Shown here in pieces: positions 11,996-23,949 of a stretch of 64,000 bases of DNA. How positions within the stretch are numbered: the stretch's first letter is position 1; every line of letters begins with the position of its first letter. Origin of the DNA: Felis catus (taxonomy: Eukaryota); NCBI RefSeq assembly GCF_018350175.1, contig NC_058368.1:212104001-212168000 (forward strand). Reading direction: 5' to 3'. The notes beneath the pieces are model-generated. The model saw only the letters and a list, made by a program, of their open reading frames with translations. It was not told where the DNA came from and ran no database searches. The translations under genes were made by a program, and so were the position numbers.

Positions 11996-12147
11996 ATTAC
12001 CCATAAGAATATGAAGGATCTGTTCTCTTATTATGATATTTTTTTTCTTATTATGACAATTTTTCTTCCTTCAAACAAGGGCCTGGTTTCAGTATATGAT
12101 GAACCTCACCAACTCCTGAAGAGTGGAGAGTATTTCAAATGCTAAAG

Positions 12148-12345
12148 CAGGATTTCTTACCCTCAGCATCTTGAGTTGGGTAATTCTTTTGTTGTGCAGG
12201 GCTGTCTGTGTGCTGAGGTATATTTAACAGCATCTCTTGCCTGTATCCATGAGACGCCAGTAGCACCCTCCTACAAGTTGTGACAACCCAAACTGTCTCT
12301 AAGAGTGGGTGGGGAGCAAAATCAACCCCTGTTGGGAACCTCTGG
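12148..12345. mobile_element. MER20-like hAT DNA transposon
   Basis: GGGTAATTCTTTT...GCCAGTAGCACCC...AGTTGTGACAACC...GTTGGGAACCTCTG. Confidence 0.75.
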
Positions 12346-12608
12346 TTTGAAAGGCAGGACCAGGGAGGGAGGTATGTGACTTGCCTATGGATGACTGTGC
12401 TGAGATCCATTCAACAGGGTTCTCTGCAGAGTTGGATTCAGTAGAAGGTGGATTTGGCTTAAATATACCACATGAAGCAAGGCTAGTAACTGCATACCAA
12501 GGCATGTTTTCTCTTACACAATATCCAGTGCATGGTGAAGGTAGAGCTAATCTGCTTTGGGGAGCAGAAGCTCCCTGTCTGCAAGACTCATGTTTCTATA
12601 ATTCTTTT

Positions 12609-12828
12609 TTTTTTTAATTTTTTTTCAACGTTTATTTATTTTTGGGACAGAGAGAGACAGAGCATGAATGGGGGAGGGGCAGAGAGAGAAGGAGACACAG
12701 AATCGGAAACAGGCTCCAGGCTCTGAGCCATCAGCCCAGAGCCCGACGCGGGGCTCGAACTCACGGACCGCGAGATCGTGACCTGGCTGAAGTCGGACAC
12801 CTAACCGACTGCGCCACCCAGGCGCCCC
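12609..12828 (-). mobile_element. Young felid SINE (SINEC_Fc type)
   Basis: TSD TCTATAATTCTTTT at 12595-12608 and 12829-12842. Confidence 0.95.
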
Positions 12829-13879
12829 TCTATAATTCTTTTATTACCCCCCCTTTTCCTCTTTAGTGCTAGATACTTAGTAGGCAGTTAGTAAACAATT
12901 ATGTAATGGACCTAACACCTGCCCCATCTGAATGAGAAAGCAGGTGAATTAGCAGTAGACACCAATCTTTTCCCAGCAGCTCCAAGCAGGTCTAGACTTT
13001 TAAAAAAATGAAATAGTAGCAAGTACATTTTGCAGCAGGGGTGGAAACGTTGGTTGGTTGGTCCTCCCACAGACACAGAAATTATTTAGAATGATTGGGC
13101 TGTCTGATCCAATCTAGCTCTCCAACACAAATCTACCCAAAAACTATTGCCGTTAGAGTGGGGATCATGTCAGTTGGCATGCCGTGACATGGGCTGCCAC
13201 TCTCTCCTATCCCCTTGTCCCAGCCATTGCCTCCTGGAGAACGGAGGACTCGCAGGGGTTTTCAGAGCCTGGATCTTTTCCATGGCCCAGTGGAAACATC
13301 AAACAGATCATTAGTTGCCAGAAATGGTACCCACACAAACCTGATGAGTTGAAGGTCTGCAGCTAACAAGCTCAGAACCTTCTTGGCATTTATGCTAGTT
13401 ATTCTTGGCAAAGAGCTCTTCCTGAATTGAAGAAAACCAGACCAAACCAAGTTAACTCTTGTCAATGACTGAAATAATCCCCACAAAGGTATGGAAGCAT
13501 ATTTTTACATTTAAAAACCATAACCAGTATTTTTTGAGATCCTAAGGGTCTTTATTTGTATGTGCATTCCCTCCAATGTCCCATATAGTTAGGGTAGTGG
13601 GGCTGGAGAGCCAACTGATTTGATCTCTAGATGGATTGATGAGATCAATTGCCTTTTTCATGAATAAGCAAAAGTTCTCAGATGCATTTTGAGCACAGAC
13701 CCCAGAAAGACCAAAAGGGGCTTCATATGTGAAAATGCTCAGCCACTGTTGGTTATCCTTTATTTAAAAGTTCAAATAATCTTCAATTTTCAATCAAATC
13801 CTTCTCTTTTTGGCCAAACAATATAATTTGGCATCCTGAGATTAAGGGCAAAAGCAACTCAAAATAAAACCTTTGTCAT

Positions 13880-14102
13880 GGAGTGACTGAATGGCTCAGG
13901 TAAGCATCCAACTTGATTTCTGCTCAGGTCATGATCTTGTGGTTCTTGAGATTGACCCCCATGTCAGGCTTCAAGCTGATAGCATGGAACCTACTTGGGA
14001 TTCTCTCTGTCTCCCTCTCTGTCTCTGCCCTTCCCCTGCTCATGCTTGCTTGAGCTTTCTCTCTCTCTCTCTCTCTGAAAAATAAATAAATAAACGTTAA
14101 AA
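13880..14102 (+). mobile_element. Older carnivore SINEC
   Basis: tRNA-like head, (CT)n, A-rich tail, TTGTCAT flanks. Confidence 0.9.
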
Positions 14103-14326
14103 ATTGTCATATTTTCCCACATTTTTAGGTGTTAGTGAGAGTCAGTAATCAGAGGTGAAATCGTAATAATCTTATGAATTGTGAATTGCTCCCTATGGAG
14201 TTTTAAAAATAATTTAACCATGCTTTCCAGACCATATTGAATGTGAACTAATACCCAGATTTTTTCCAGGAGGATTTTTTCAGATGTTTCTTTGGGAGCC
14301 TACACATCTCTATTCTCTGCTTTCAG

Positions 14327-14476
14327 AAAAGACATCTGTGCTAGTGTCAATCGCCCCTGTGAGACTTTGGGTCTGTCCCACCTGTCAGGAATGTGCCAGC
14401 CTCACCGGAGCTGTAACATCAATGAAGACTCTGGACTCCCTCTTGCTTTCACAATTGCCCATGAGCTCGGACACAG
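14327..14476 (+). CDS. ADAMTS12: ADAMTS12 coding exon (probably exon 7): [49 protein letters not shown]
   Basis: TTTCAG acceptor, AG|GTAAAG donor, 150 nt, phase 2/2; contains the HExxH part of the zinc-binding motif. Confidence 0.97.
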
Positions 14477-16377
14477 GTAAAGGGCCAAGGAAACTGAGAT
14501 CCCCTTGCCATGTTCGTGCACCATGTCAGTAGAGGGAAGGGCAAGCACGTTAAATGGGGCATTAGGAGTCAGGTTACACTGTGTCTTGAGACTCACCCTC
14601 CTAAACCTCTGCTTCCTCATCTGTAAAGTGGGGATAATCACACACTTCAAAGATTTCAGTGTCTCTTCTTCCCTGACCACTTGTAGCTACTACACCACAG
14701 AATCAAAGAGGCTACTACAACTTTCTGAATTAGAAAGGGTTGAACACAGACAAGGACATAAGCTTTAACTTACTTGATTAATTCGGGAGTAACAATCCTT
14801 GTTTAGTTTTTATAAAATGCTGAGGTATTAATATCACTGACAAGTCACAAACATTAACATTTTTGCACCCTTTATGTCTTCCATCTTGGGTTGTGTTGTT
14901 GGTTCCTTTTGATAACCTTATGAAATAGATACCATTGTTAACCCCATTTTACTTATATGTATTGAAGGAACACATTGAATAAAGCAGAAATTTAAAACTG
15001 CTATACGATGGAGAAGACCATTAAGCAAACGTCAGTTAACAGGAGGTGCAAGTTGGGCTCTGGTTGCTGGTGGCTGCTTCTGATCACAGAGGTGAAGACA
15101 AAGTTGGGGCAGCCATTGTTGTTGCACCTCTCCACATTGTTGCAAGCTCCCTTTAAACTGGAGTGACTGCCAGAGGATTTAAGAGGCCAGCACCATTTTC
15201 TCTCCCTCTTTGTATTTCTCCTTTTTCCCTTTTGAGAGCTAGACAATAAAGAATAGGACTTTCAAAAATAATTACGTACATGGGGAAAATGAGAAAGTGA
15301 TCACACGTGCCCAGATAAAGACTCTGAAAAGACCTGCGAAGACCTTAAATTTTTACCTCAGGTTGATCCTTGACACAGACACAGCCTACAATAATAATAA
15401 TAGTAATAACAACAACAGCAACAACAATAATAAAAACAGCAAACCCTACAGAAGAGGAAGAATCTGATTTCCAGAGTTGCCACATTAACAGATTCAAATG
15501 TCCATTTTTCTACGCAAAAAAATCATAAAACATACAAAGAACCAGGAAAGTATGATCTCAAAGGAAAAAAAATAAATCAACAGAAACTGTTCCTGAGGGC
15601 AGATTTGTTAGACAAAGATTTTGAAACAACTGCCTTAAAGATGCTCAAAGAACTAAAGAAGATGTGGAGAAGATAAAGGAAATGATATATGAACAAAATA
15701 ACAATATCAATAAAGATATAGAAGATCTAATAAGAAACCAAGATGAAATTTTGGAGCTACAAAGTGCAATCACTCTAATAAAAGAATTAACTGGAGGGAT
15801 TCATTGGCAGATATAAGCAGACAAAATAAGAACCAGTAAACTTGAAGACAGGACAAAGTAAATGCCAAAGTCTGAGGAACAGAAAGAAAAAGGAGTATGG
15901 TTTTAGCCAGTGCACTAAGACAAGAAAAAAAACATACAGATTAGGAAGATATAAAACTAGCTCTATTTGCAGATAATATAATTGTATATGTACAAAACCC
16001 CAAAGAATCTATGCAAACACACAAACTAGAATAAGCTCACAGGATACCACATAAACATACAGAATCGCTCACATTTTTATATACAGGCAATGAACGAGTG
16101 AACACTGAAATTAAAAATGCGGTACCTTTCACAATCACTCAGAAGTATGAAATATTTGTATAAAATTATTATAAACATTTAAATCTTACAAAACATGTAC
16201 AGGACTCATATGCTGAAAACTACACAACACTGCAGAAAGAAATAGAGATCTCCTAATAGATGGAGAAACCTATTATGGTCATGAATTGGAAGACTCAACA
16301 TAGTAAAGATGAAATTCTTCTGAAATAAATATATAGGTTTAATGATATTTCTATGAGAATTTCATCACGATTCTTTT

Positions 16378-16595
16378 TTTTTTTTATTTTTTTTAACGTT
16401 TATTCATTTTTGAGACAGAGAGAGACAGAGCATGAATGGGGGAGGGTCAGAGAGAGGAAGACACAGAATCTGAAACAGGCTCCAGTCTCTGAGCTGTCAG
16501 CACAGAGCCCGACGTGGGGCTCGAACTCACGGACCGCGAGCTCATGACCTGAGCTGAAGTCGGCCGCTTAACCGACTGAGCCACCCAGGCACCCC
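16378..16595 (-). mobile_element. Feliform SINEC
   Basis: TSD TCATCA(C/T)GATTCTTTT. Confidence 0.93.
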
Positions 16596-16766
16596 TCATC
16601 ATGATTCTTTTTGAGATATAAAAAAATTAATCTAAAATGTATATGGAAAGGCAGAGGAACTAGAATAAGTTTTCAAAACGATTTGAAAAAGAATAATAAA
16701 ATGAGAAGAATCAGGCTACAAGATTTCAAAATTTATTATACAGCTGCAGTAATCAAGATTGTGTGT

Positions 16767-16860
16767 GGGGTGCCTGGGTGGCTCAGTCAGTTGAGTGTCT
16801 GACTCTTGGCTTCAGCTCAGGTCATGATCCCAGGGTTGTGAGATCAAGCCCCGTGTTGGT
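16767..16860 (+). mobile_element. SINEC 5' half (3'-truncated)
   Basis: GGGGTGCCTGGGTGGCTCAG head, no (CT)n or tail. Confidence 0.88.
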
Positions 16861-17149
16861 TTTTAATATATAAAAAGAGTCTCTACTTAAGTCTCACACC
16901 ATATGCAAAAATGGTCTTGAAGTAGAACACAAACTTAAATGTAAAATGTAAAACTAAAAAACTTTTAGGACATAAATAGGAAATTTTAAGTATCTAGGGC
17001 TAGGCAAAGAGTTTCCAAACTTGGCATCAAATGCACAATCGATAAAAGGAAACATTTAAAACTTGGACTCATCAAAATTAAAACTTTTGACTCTTTTAAG
17101 AGGATGAAAATACAAGCCACAGCCCAAGAGAAAATGTTTGCAAGCCCTA

Positions 17150-17581
17150 TGTAGTGGCTTAAATAGTGTTCCCCTTCACAAATTCAAGGCTTCTATGAAC
17201 TTCAGAATGTAACCTGTTTTGGAAATAGGATCTTTGCAGATGTTATTAGTTAATAATTTTGAAACTAAATCACCCTAGATTTAGGTTGGGCCCTAAACCC
17301 AATGACTGGAGAGGGGGATTTGGACACAGATCAAAGAGAAGACCATGTAAAGATGGAGACAGAAGTTAGAGTCGTACTGCCACAAGTCAGGAAGCCTGCA
17401 GCCACCAGAAGTTGGAAGAGGCAAGCAGAAATTCTCCCCTGGAGACTTTGAAGGGTTCAGACTGCTGCTGACCCCTTGATTTCAGACTTCCGTCCTCCAG
17501 GACTGTGAGAGAATAAGTTTATGTTATTTTAAGCCACTAAGCTCACAATAATTTTTATGACCTACCTAGGAAATGAATACT
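17150..17581 (+). mobile_element. MaLR solo LTR (MLT1B/C-like)
   Basis: TGTAGTGG...GGAAATAGGATCTTTGCAGATG...TTTAAGCCACTAAG...GAATAC; near-TSD CCCTA/CCATA. Confidence 0.85.
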
Positions 17582-17643
17582 CCATATATCCAGTAGAACT
17601 AAGCATCTAAAATATATAAGCAACTGTCAAAACTCAAATAGTA

Positions 17644-17820
17644 GGGCGCCTGGGTGCCTCAGTCGGTTGAGGATCCAACTCGATTTCAGTTCAGGTCATG
17701 ATCCCACAGTTCCTGAATTTGAATCCCCTGCTTGGGATTCTCTCTCCCTCTCTCTCTGCCCCTCCCCTGTTCATACTCTTGCTGTTTCTCAAAATCAATA
17801 AATAAATGTAAACAAAACAA
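17644..17820 (+). mobile_element. Carnivore SINEC (internally deleted)
   Basis: Head and tail present, degenerate TSD AAA.CTCAA(A)TAGTA. Confidence 0.88.
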
Positions 17821-18828
17821 AAACCTCAATAGTAAAAAAACCCAAACAGTACAATTAAAAAATGGGCAAAAAGGAGAAATTCCACCAGAAAAGACATACA
17901 AATGGCAGATAAGCACTTGAAACTATATTCAACATCATTAGCTACGAGGGAAATGCAAATTGAAATCGCAATGAGATGTCACACAACAATCAGAATGACT
18001 AAAAAAATAGTGGTGACCCCAAATGCTGGCAAGGTTGCAGAGGGATCGGATCATTCAGACATTGCTGGTGAGAAAGTAAAATGGTCCAGGCACTGCAGAG
18101 AATAGTTTGTCGGTTTTTTAAGCTGTAAACCTACAACTACCGTATGATCCAGCAGTCGTACTCCTGAGATTTGTCCTGGAGAAAGGAAGATTTACGTTCA
18201 CACAAAAACCTTTACGTGAATGTTTATAGAAGCTTAATCTTAATAGCCCCAAACTAGAAACAATCCAGGAGTGGTGTCAACCCAACGGGGTGAATGGTTA
18301 CATAAACTGGGATGGACACATATTATGGAATACTAGTTAGCAATAAAATGAAAGATACCCCATTGTTTCTTGGAAACATGTTTTTTTCACTGTTTCATTG
18401 ATACATGCAGTGACCTGATGAATCTTCAAACAGTTATGCTCTGTGAAAAAAAGCCAGTCCCAAAAGGTTACATGCTGTATGTGATTGAAATGTCAAAATT
18501 GTAGAAATGGAGAACGTATATATGGCCGCCAGGGTTTAAGGATGGAATGGGAGAGGGAAGGAAGTGGGTGTGGCTATAACTGCAACATGAGGGATCCATG
18601 TGGTGATGATAATATTCTGTGTCTGGACAGTATCAGCATCAATACCCCAACTGTGCTACTGGATTATAGTTTTGCAATGTGTTACCATTGGGGGAAAGTG
18701 AGTGATGGATACAGGGGACCGCTTTGTTTATTTCTTAAAACTGCAACTGAACCTGCAATAATCTCAAAATAAAAAGTTTAATTAAAAAAAAAAGGCATCA
18801 GGACATATACAGATAACCTAAATAAAGA

Positions 18829-19352
18829 CTTTTATTTTTTTATTTAATCTTTTTTATTTGGGTATAGTTGACACACAATGTTACATTAGTTTCAGGTGTA
18901 CAACATAGTGATTCAGCTGCTCTATAGGTTATGCTATGCTCACCACAAGTGTAGTATATCTGTCAACATACAACCCTGTTACGGTATCATTGACTGTATT
19001 CCCTGTGTTGTGCCTCTTATTCCCATGACTTAATTTATTCCATAACTGGAAGCCGGTATGCCCCACTCCCCTTCACCCATTTTTACCTGTATCGCTCACC
19101 CTCCATACTCCTGCCCTCTGGCAACCACCAGTTTGTTCTCTGTATTTACATGTCTGATTCTGCTTTTTGTTTGTTTGTTTATTCATTTGTTTTTTAGATT
19201 CCACATATGAATGAGATCATATGGTATTTGTCTTTTTCAGTCTGACTTATTTCACTTAGCATAATAACCTCTAGGTCCATCCATGTTGTTGCAAATGGCA
19301 AGATTTCATCCTTTAATGACTAATATTCCATTGTGTGTGTGTATATATATAT

Positions 19353-19426
<74 letters not shown>

Positions 19427-19780
19427 ACATCTTCATCCATTCATCTATCGATGGACACTTAGGTTGCTTCCATATCCTGGCTATTGTAAATAATGCTGTA
19501 GTGAACATAGAAGTATGTATCTTTTTGAATTAGTGTTTTCAATTTCTTTGGATAAATACCTAGTAGTGGAATTACTGGATCACATGGCATTTCTCTTTTT
19601 AATTGTTTGATGAACTTCCATACTGTTTTCCACAGTGGCTGTACCAATTTACATTCCCACCAACAGTGCATAAGCGTTTCTTTTTCTCTACATTCTTACC
19701 AGTGGTGAGAATCTTATCTTTTTGATTCTAGACATTCTGACCAGAGTTAAGTGATATCTCATTGTGCTTTTGATTTGTAT
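18829..19780 (-). mobile_element. Carnivore/laurasiatherian L1 3' end
   Basis: polyT, 3'UTR, ORF2 C-terminus (CWWECKLVQPLWKTVW; WKQPKCPSIDEW) on - strand. Confidence 0.9.
19332..19424. repeat. Compound (TG)n(TA)n(CA)n microsatellite
   Basis: Direct reading. Confidence 0.95.
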
Positions 19781-20631
19781 TAAAACAGCATCTTTTAAAT
19801 GCCCCCCCCCAAAAAAAAAGTTTAGAGTCACTGATAAAAAAGAGAAAGTTGAAGGAACACATAAGCTTGAGTTTGAGGGATAGAAAAATATTTGAGCAAA
19901 ACAAAACCAAATGAAAGAAGACTTTAAGGGCTTCCTAAGAAACTTTTGCTCATAGTAAAAGATACTTCTGGGGTATTTAGTTCTTCCTTTAGCTATATAG
20001 TCCTAATTGTGGACCAAACTGAGAAACACTGGGCAGATTAATGAAATGGCTGCAGCAATCCAAGAATGAACAAAACAAAACTGATAAACCAGTATCCCAA
20101 AAAGACACTCAAAGATTAATAACAAAGATACCCATTGTTTCTTGGAAACATGTTTGTTTCATTACTATGTGTGATGCAAAATAGAAAGTAAAGTTAACTA
20201 ACTTGTGCTATGGCCTTATGTGAATAATTTCACTTTTATTTTGAGAGAAAACTTTTTGAAAATCCATTCCTGAAGATCCTGGATTATATCAGCCATTTAT
20301 ACCTGAAGTCTCTCACTACCTTTATCAGACTCCTTATGTAAGTGCCCAACAGTGAAGGTACAATCTCCAGAGGAAATTTAAAAACTTATTTGAGACCTAG
20401 CGTCCTTCACTTTTAAGTAATGAAAATATAAGAATATAGATGAACACTTAAAAGGCAACATTCACCCAGTATATCTCCCCCGCTTTCAGATCATGATATA
20501 TTTCATTACAGACCTTTGCATGTTAAATATGTGAAGTTGGTATTCCCTAAATGGGTTTTAAAAGCTCACAATCATATTTTTGAGGTTTTTGTTCTCTGCT
20601 ATTGCTTCTCCACCATAAAATGAATAATAAA

Positions 20632-20803
20632 TCACAGGAATGAAAGGCAGCACATAAGTAATAGAATCAATGATATTGTAATAACGTTGTATCAGGACAG
20701 CTGACGGTATGGCTACACTTGTGAATACAGCGTAAGTATAAACCTGTCAAATGACTACGTTGTATACTTGAAACTAATGTCACATTGTGTTAACTATACT
20801 TAA
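20632..20803 (+). mobile_element. 5'-truncated carnivore L1 3' end
   Basis: TGAAACTAATGTCACATTGTGTTAACTATACT terminus; TSD AAAATGAATAATAAA at 20617-20631 and 20804-20818. Confidence 0.85.
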
Positions 20804-22079
20804 AAAATGAATAATAAAAGGCAAGGAATGGATCTTTTCCATCAAAGGATACCCCGAAACCCAGGTAATTAATTAATTGCTATTTCACATCTGTAATTTG
20901 GCAAACTTATGTAACAGGGGTTGAAACTGAAGCATGAGGTAAAGCAGGCCAATCCAACAGCCCAGGAAGTTGTTTGAGCCTGTAGACGGCTCTGTACTCC
21001 AAATTGCTCTTCAGTGTCCATCCCATCTGCTAGAAAGTAACTTCCTGGATGCAAACCTTCCATCCCTATGACCCCATGTGCTTTCCTTGGCCTTCACTTC
21101 TCATTGACCCACTGTTCCCATGTGGCAGGAGCATTCCACCCATTTAGACCTAGTAGACACAGTCCAGAGGGACATTTTCAGTAGCACTGCTTTTATCTCA
21201 TAAGATGGGGGAAGAGAGGGGTGATGAAGCTGGAGGGGGGAAATCCTAATGCATTAGAAACTTTAGATGGAACAAAATGAGCTTCGGGGGAACTGATATA
21301 TTTTGAGTGTAGATGTGAATCGCCCCTGTATATAAGATCCAGCAATATGTCTTCTTGTATTAGAATATCTAGTGCTGGAAAAACCATGATTCATGCATAT
21401 TTTTGAACCATGCTTGCAGTTTAGGGTTCTTACTAATTATTCCGCAGGTGAACTTGTGGAGTACTTCATGAGCTAGATAAGAATGGATTTGCAACAGCAT
21501 AGGGAAGACCTGCTTGGGAAGAAAGCTTTCATTGAATCGCATTCTTTGTGGCTGGGTGATAAGAGTTTTGCAGATTAATTCTCTGAGTCCTTTGTGAATT
21601 TTGTATTCATGTGGAATGTGATCGGAGTCTGTAAGTAAGTTGATAACATCATAATGCATTAAGCAAAATACATGAAATCTCTCAAGCCCCCAGAGACTAT
21701 TTTCTGTAAGAGTCACTAATGTTGATCAGGAGATTTTAGTAAAGTTGCATATGAGCTTCCCTGTCAGATGGGCTGAATTTCACTCGCCAAGTAAAAGGTC
21801 CTACTTTCCCCTGTTCAGATTTGGAGAGTTGAGCCAACATCTCTGGGTTGCAAGTATGCCTGTTGTAAGCAGATCCCAGTGGAGAGAGTTCTTGTGGGGA
21901 CCTCTGATGGCATCTTGGGCTGATCCTGGGGACTCAACTTATGAACAGACTTCTGAATCTGCTCCCATCCCAGGCACGCCTGCCATGCCGGACAAGCTCT
22001 TCTGGGTCATTCAGCGCTGCTTTACCTGGTCAGCCCTGGCAGTGGGAGGACCAGGGAGCAGGCTGAGCGAGGCCTGGGT

Positions 22080-22445
22080 AAGAACACTGCAACAGCAGGG
22101 CGAGCTGCCGAAGACCTACTCTTGCCACTAACTAGCTGTGGGACTTTCGAAAAGTCTCAAACTCTGAGCTTCCTCATCTAGAAAAGGGAAATAAGCTAGA
22201 CAAGGATAAAAGCAACAATAAGGGATTCCCGTCATTCCCAGAGCCCTTATTATATGCCAGGCACTTGCCAAGTGGTTTTCAGACTCATCCATTCAGATCT
22301 GACCCTAGCACAGTGAAGACCTCTGCACTTTCCAGGAGAGGAAACTGAAGCTGAACCCGTTTCAGTAACTCCCAGATCACGAAGAGACAGAACTGGAATG
22401 CGAGTCCAGATCATCTGTCTTCAAAAACCCTGCTCTAATCACTGG
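22080..22445. mobile_element. Two MIR fragments, tail to tail
   Basis: + core CTTCCTCATCTAGAAAAGGG near 22170; - core GAGAGGAAACTGAAGCT near 22340. Confidence 0.65.
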
Positions 22446-22934
22446 GCTGTGAGGTCTCCCCGATGTCTCAGATACTGGAGAACTCCCATGACAAGACTCG
22501 AAAGAAATCCAGTCACTCACAGCTTGTGGCCTTTGACAAAGTCTCCCATAGGCTTACCCTTTCATGCTCTTCCTCAAATGATGATGAAAAGGGAGAATCA
22601 AGGTTTGGGGGTTTTGAGCTGTGGTTACTAAAGCAGGAGGAAGAAGATTGCTTAAGGCAGGGTTTACCCTCCTGACTCCAGACTCCTAGAAAGCCAAACT
22701 GGGAGCTTCTAGCCAAAGAGAAGTTTTGGAATTGGCTGCATGGTTCCCATGGTTGCATATTTGAGGCCAAGACGTGCTCAAAATATCCCTCTCCACCTTC
22801 ACAGTCCCACTTGGTAAACACATGCATTCTGTACAAAAGTGGCTCTCGGTGGGTTATTTTCACCTTGGAGAAACTGTGGTTTTCTATTTCATGCCAGCCT
22901 CCTTAATGTTCTTGTGCTTTGTGCCCTCCTGCAG

Positions 22935-23078
22935 CTTTGGCATCCAGCATGACGGGAAGGAAAATGACTGTGAGCCCGTGGGCAGGCACCCATACATCAT
23001 GTCCCGCCAGCTCCAGTACAATCCCACCCCACTGACGTGGTCCAAGTGCAGCAAGGAGTATATCACCCGCTTCCTGGA
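22935..23078 (+). CDS. ADAMTS12: ADAMTS12 coding exon (probably exon 8): [48 protein letters not shown]
   Basis: CTGCAG acceptor, GA|GTAAGT donor, 144 nt, phase 2/2; third zinc His and Met-turn (YIMS). Confidence 0.97.
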
Positions 23079-23438
23079 GTAAGTGACAGTGCCTTTCAGG
23101 ACAGCTGCACTTGGGTCTCCTTAAACTGGAAGTCAGTCTGAGTTTTTTGCCTGGGCCCTGGAAAAGTCTCAGTGCCTCTCACAGGTCATAGTATCAGGTG
23201 GCATCAGAAGGGGTGGATTTCACTTCTGCTTTCTGACCCTGAAATGTGGGTGGGTCCTGCCCTCCAGCCACAGCCAGGTGAACATCCTATCCCCTTGCTT
23301 GCTTTTGCTCACGGTGGCTCTTTATGATCTGAGTGTGTGTTAAGTCCCTGGAAACTGGCCGGCACAACTAGGACTTATGTTATAAGTGATCATGGAAATC
23401 CCTCTGATGATTTACTACTGTTCTTGTTTTCATTTTAG

Positions 23439-23583
23439 TCGAGGCTGGGGGTTCTGTCTCGATGACATGCCCCAGAAGAAAGGCTTGAAGTCCAAGGTCA
23501 TTGCTCCTGGAGTGATCTATGATGTTCATCATCAATGCCAGCTGCAGTATGGCCCCAATGCCACCTTCTGCCAGGAAGTAGAA
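23439..23583 (+). CDS. ADAMTS12: ADAMTS12 coding exon (probably exon 9): [49 protein letters not shown]
   Basis: TTTTAG acceptor, GAA|GTAAGT donor, 145 nt, phase 2/0; end of catalytic domain and start of disintegrin-like domain. Confidence 0.97.
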
Positions 23584-23949
23584 GTAAGTGTTGGGTATCT
23601 TGGTGCATCTGGTGGCCTTGCACGGAGTTTAAGGGCTCTAGCATGCTGAAGGAAAGGCCAGGGAACTATTTGGTAATCTGAAGAGCCAGACACAGAAATG
23701 GAAACCTTCTGTTCATGGCAAAGTGTTTGTAAGGCAGAAGGTGTGAAGTTGGGGGTCATTTACATTCCTTGACCCAGCCTCCTTGGTATTCTATGGAGAT
23801 AGCAATCCTGTGCAAGTGGGTGGTGGTGAAGAAAATTTTGTAGTGATTTTCAGGAATCACGGCGATTCTACACCTGCAGACTGTAGCAACCTAAAGTTGC
23901 TCCCTTTCCTGAATTTCCCATCTGGTGTAGAGAAACCCCAGATGCCAAG

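Larger units (their letters stand above)
15270..18792 (+). mobile_element. Ancient L1 (L1MC1/2-like), internally deleted and interrupted by SINEs and an MLT1 LTR
   Basis: ORF1-like, ORF2-like and 3'UTR segments ending ATCTCAAAATAAAAAGTTTAATT-polyA. Confidence 0.85.

Noticed and set aside
23079..23438. 360-nt intron (multiple of 3) as a possible in-frame retained intron
   Set aside because: Read-through meets TAA at once (RFLE*), so retention truncates the protein.
23578..23583. Tandem alternative donor GTAGAA 6 nt upstream of the real donor
   Set aside because: Poor match to consensus next to a perfect GTAAGT; no support.
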